NCBI GenBank assembly: GCA_963775515.1
Contig: CAVZIQ010000003.1
Span: 198,308 to 262,307, forward strand
Direction: 5' to 3'
DNA length: 64,000 bases
Source of the DNA: an uncultured Alphaproteobacteria bacterium
Lineage (GTDB): Bacteria; Pseudomonadota; Alphaproteobacteria; Rhizobiales; Xanthobacteraceae
Part shown: in pieces, positions 62,756 through 64,000 of the stretch
Layout of the letters: every line of letters begins with the position of its first letter
Position numbering within the stretch: position 1 is the stretch's first letter
The notes under the pieces: model-generated
Told to the model about the DNA's origin: nothing
What the model saw: only the letters and a program-made list of their open reading frames with translations
Databases searched by the model: none
Program-made: the position numbers and the translations under genes

Positions 62756-62964
62756 GCGGCGAAGTGACCGCCATCACAAATGGTCGCTTTCTTTATGGGG
62801 CCCCCGTGCCAGCCCGTGCCAGCCCGCGCCTGCTCGGCGCCATCCCTACGGACTAGGATGGCCTCCCCGGCGAGAGGGGGCTGTATGCCCCGAGGCCGGA
62901 AGCCCGGACCGATTTTAGTTAGAGTTTTCCGCGCTGATTCCCTGGCTGGGAGGAGCAGAGAGCG

Positions 62965-63025
62965 ATGACAGCCTCGAGATTTTCGGACGCGCAGAAGGCG
63001 TCTATTCTCAAGCAGGGGGTGACAT
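62965..63025 (+). mobile_element. Remnant of an IS3-family transposase orfA (first ~18 codons only)
   Basis: 'MTASRFSDAQKASILKQG' resembles the N-terminal HTH_Tnp_1 region of IS3/IS407-type OrfA. The reading frame then degenerates and stops at 63052-54. Confidence 0.4.
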
Positions 63026-63034
63026 GGATTTTAT

Positions 63035-63859
63035 TCAAGCTGCCGACACGTTAAATAGCATCCTGAAGCCAAAGCCGACGCCAAAGGCCAGCGCGGCGGC
63101 GCTCATGCCGATGACGAAAGTCCCAAATCCCGATCGCCACCAGCTCGTCAGCGACCATCGGCTCTTGATGGCTCCGATAGCGAAGAAAACAACTCCGGTC
63201 GCGACCCCGCATGGGACAAGCCCACCTGCCCCGAGAAACGTCACAAGTGGTACCAGGCCGCATAAGATGAACGCGGCAAAAGTGTTTAACCCGGCCAATA
63301 AAGGCGATTTTGGTGTTGGAGCGACTCCATATTCCTCGACCACCATCGTCTTTGCCCAACGAGAATCATCCGCCGTGATCACGTTGACTATTCGCTCAAG
63401 CTCGTCGCCCGAGAAACCCTTGCCACCAAAGATCTGCCGGATCTCTTCTCGCTCGCCGTCCGGGACAACGGCAATGTGCTTGCGCTCGACAGCGAGCAGA
63501 CGATCATAATCGTCGCGATCTGCCTGAGTGCCAGTATAATTGCCCGCTGCCATGGCGAAGCCGTCGGCAACGAGATTGGCAAGCCCAAGCACAAGCACGA
63601 TCCTTGCGGGCATGTCGGCGCCGACGACACCCGCAACCACCGCCAAAGTGGTGACGACTCCGTCGATACCCCCGTAAATCCAATCACGCAGATAACTAAT
63701 CCGCGGGTCTCGCGCGAGCCGAGCGTGGATTGCTTCCTTGGTATGGCTGTGTTCAAGTTTGGCCTCCACCGATCGCCTCCTGTGCCAATGTCGGCACGCA
63801 TTTGTCGTCGTGTAAGAATGCGCCGATTTCCTCCGCAGTCCAGATGGGAAGTGCATCAC
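63035..63859 (-). CDS. VIT1/CCC1-family iron/manganese transporter
   Basis: '[22 protein letters not shown]', '[16 protein letters not shown]', a central acidic helix region, and C-terminal TM helices. Confidence 0.85.
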   Translation of the reverse strand: MMHFPSGLRRKSAHSYTTTNACRHWHRRRSVEAKLEHSHTKEAIHARLARDPRISYLRDWIYGGIDGVVTTLAVVAGVVGADMPARIVLVLGLANLVADGFAMAAGNYTGTQADRDDYDRLLAVERKHIAVVPDGEREEIRQIFGGKGFSGDELERIVNVITADDSRWAKTMVVEEYGVAPTPKSPLLAGLNTFAAFILCGLVPLVTFLGAGGLVPCGVATGVVFFAIGAIKSRWSLTSWWRSGFGTFVIGMSAAALAFGVGFGFRMLFNVSAA

Positions 63860-63908
63860 TCCCTAAGCCGGAGCCGACATTCGCTCGCGCCGCAATATTC
63901 GTCGTTCA

Positions 63909-63981
63909 GGGCCAGTTATGGACTCTCGCAATGCGGTAGAGGTCGTGGCTATTCGATCACCTCATCGGCGGTGGCGAGCAA
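63909..63981. repeat. 73-bp dispersed repeat, copy 2
   Basis: See copy 1 at 62411-62483. Confidence 0.8.
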
Positions 63982-64000
63982 CGTTGGCGGCACCGTCAAG

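Overview
High-GC alphaproteobacterial chromosomal segment. Gene order and the palindromic repeat families suggest a Bradyrhizobiaceae/Nitrobacteraceae-type genome, but that is inference, not a search result. I saw no rRNA, tRNA or CRISPR array.

Left to right:
- A molybdate/tungstate-type uptake operon (mop, unknown periplasmic protein, binding protein, fused permease-ATPase).
- The complete microoxic respiration regulon: fixL-fixJ plus a receiver-only regulator, divergent fixK, a CBS/BON protein, a cytochrome c, ccoNOQP (fixNOQP) behind a perfect FixK box, and ccoGHIS (fixGHIS).
- A Pat-like acetyltransferase and a second perfect FixK box in front of an unknown membrane protein.
- A membrane-anchored TIR protein with two PAN/Apple modules. 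This is my top candidate for something new.
- cspA, divergent mntH/mntR, glmM, and an LldD-like dehydrogenase.
- A FAH-aroE operon that ends in two paralogous periplasmic proteins.
- A CoxS / HD-domain / CoxL-like molybdo-hydroxylase locus.
- MFS transporters, aromatic-catabolism genes, and a Rieske / unknown / amidohydrolase trio.
- pstS next to an MFS gene, and a LuxR-family regulator facing three small ORFs.
- A lactonase-like MBL hydrolase, a glutamate-synthase-related protein, and three DoxX paralogs.
- A prokaryotic iGluR-like channel, a riboregulated 29-aa ORF, an IS3 remnant, and a VIT1/CCC1 transporter.

Three genes (fixI/ccoI, mntR, a D-2-hydroxyacid dehydrogenase) carry single-nucleotide frameshifts, and one small conserved ORF has an in-frame TGA. 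Together these indicate either real gene decay or assembly indel errors.

Several palindromic or direct repeat families lie in intergenic regions. All functional calls rest on motifs I recognised by eye in the supplied translations. No database search was run.
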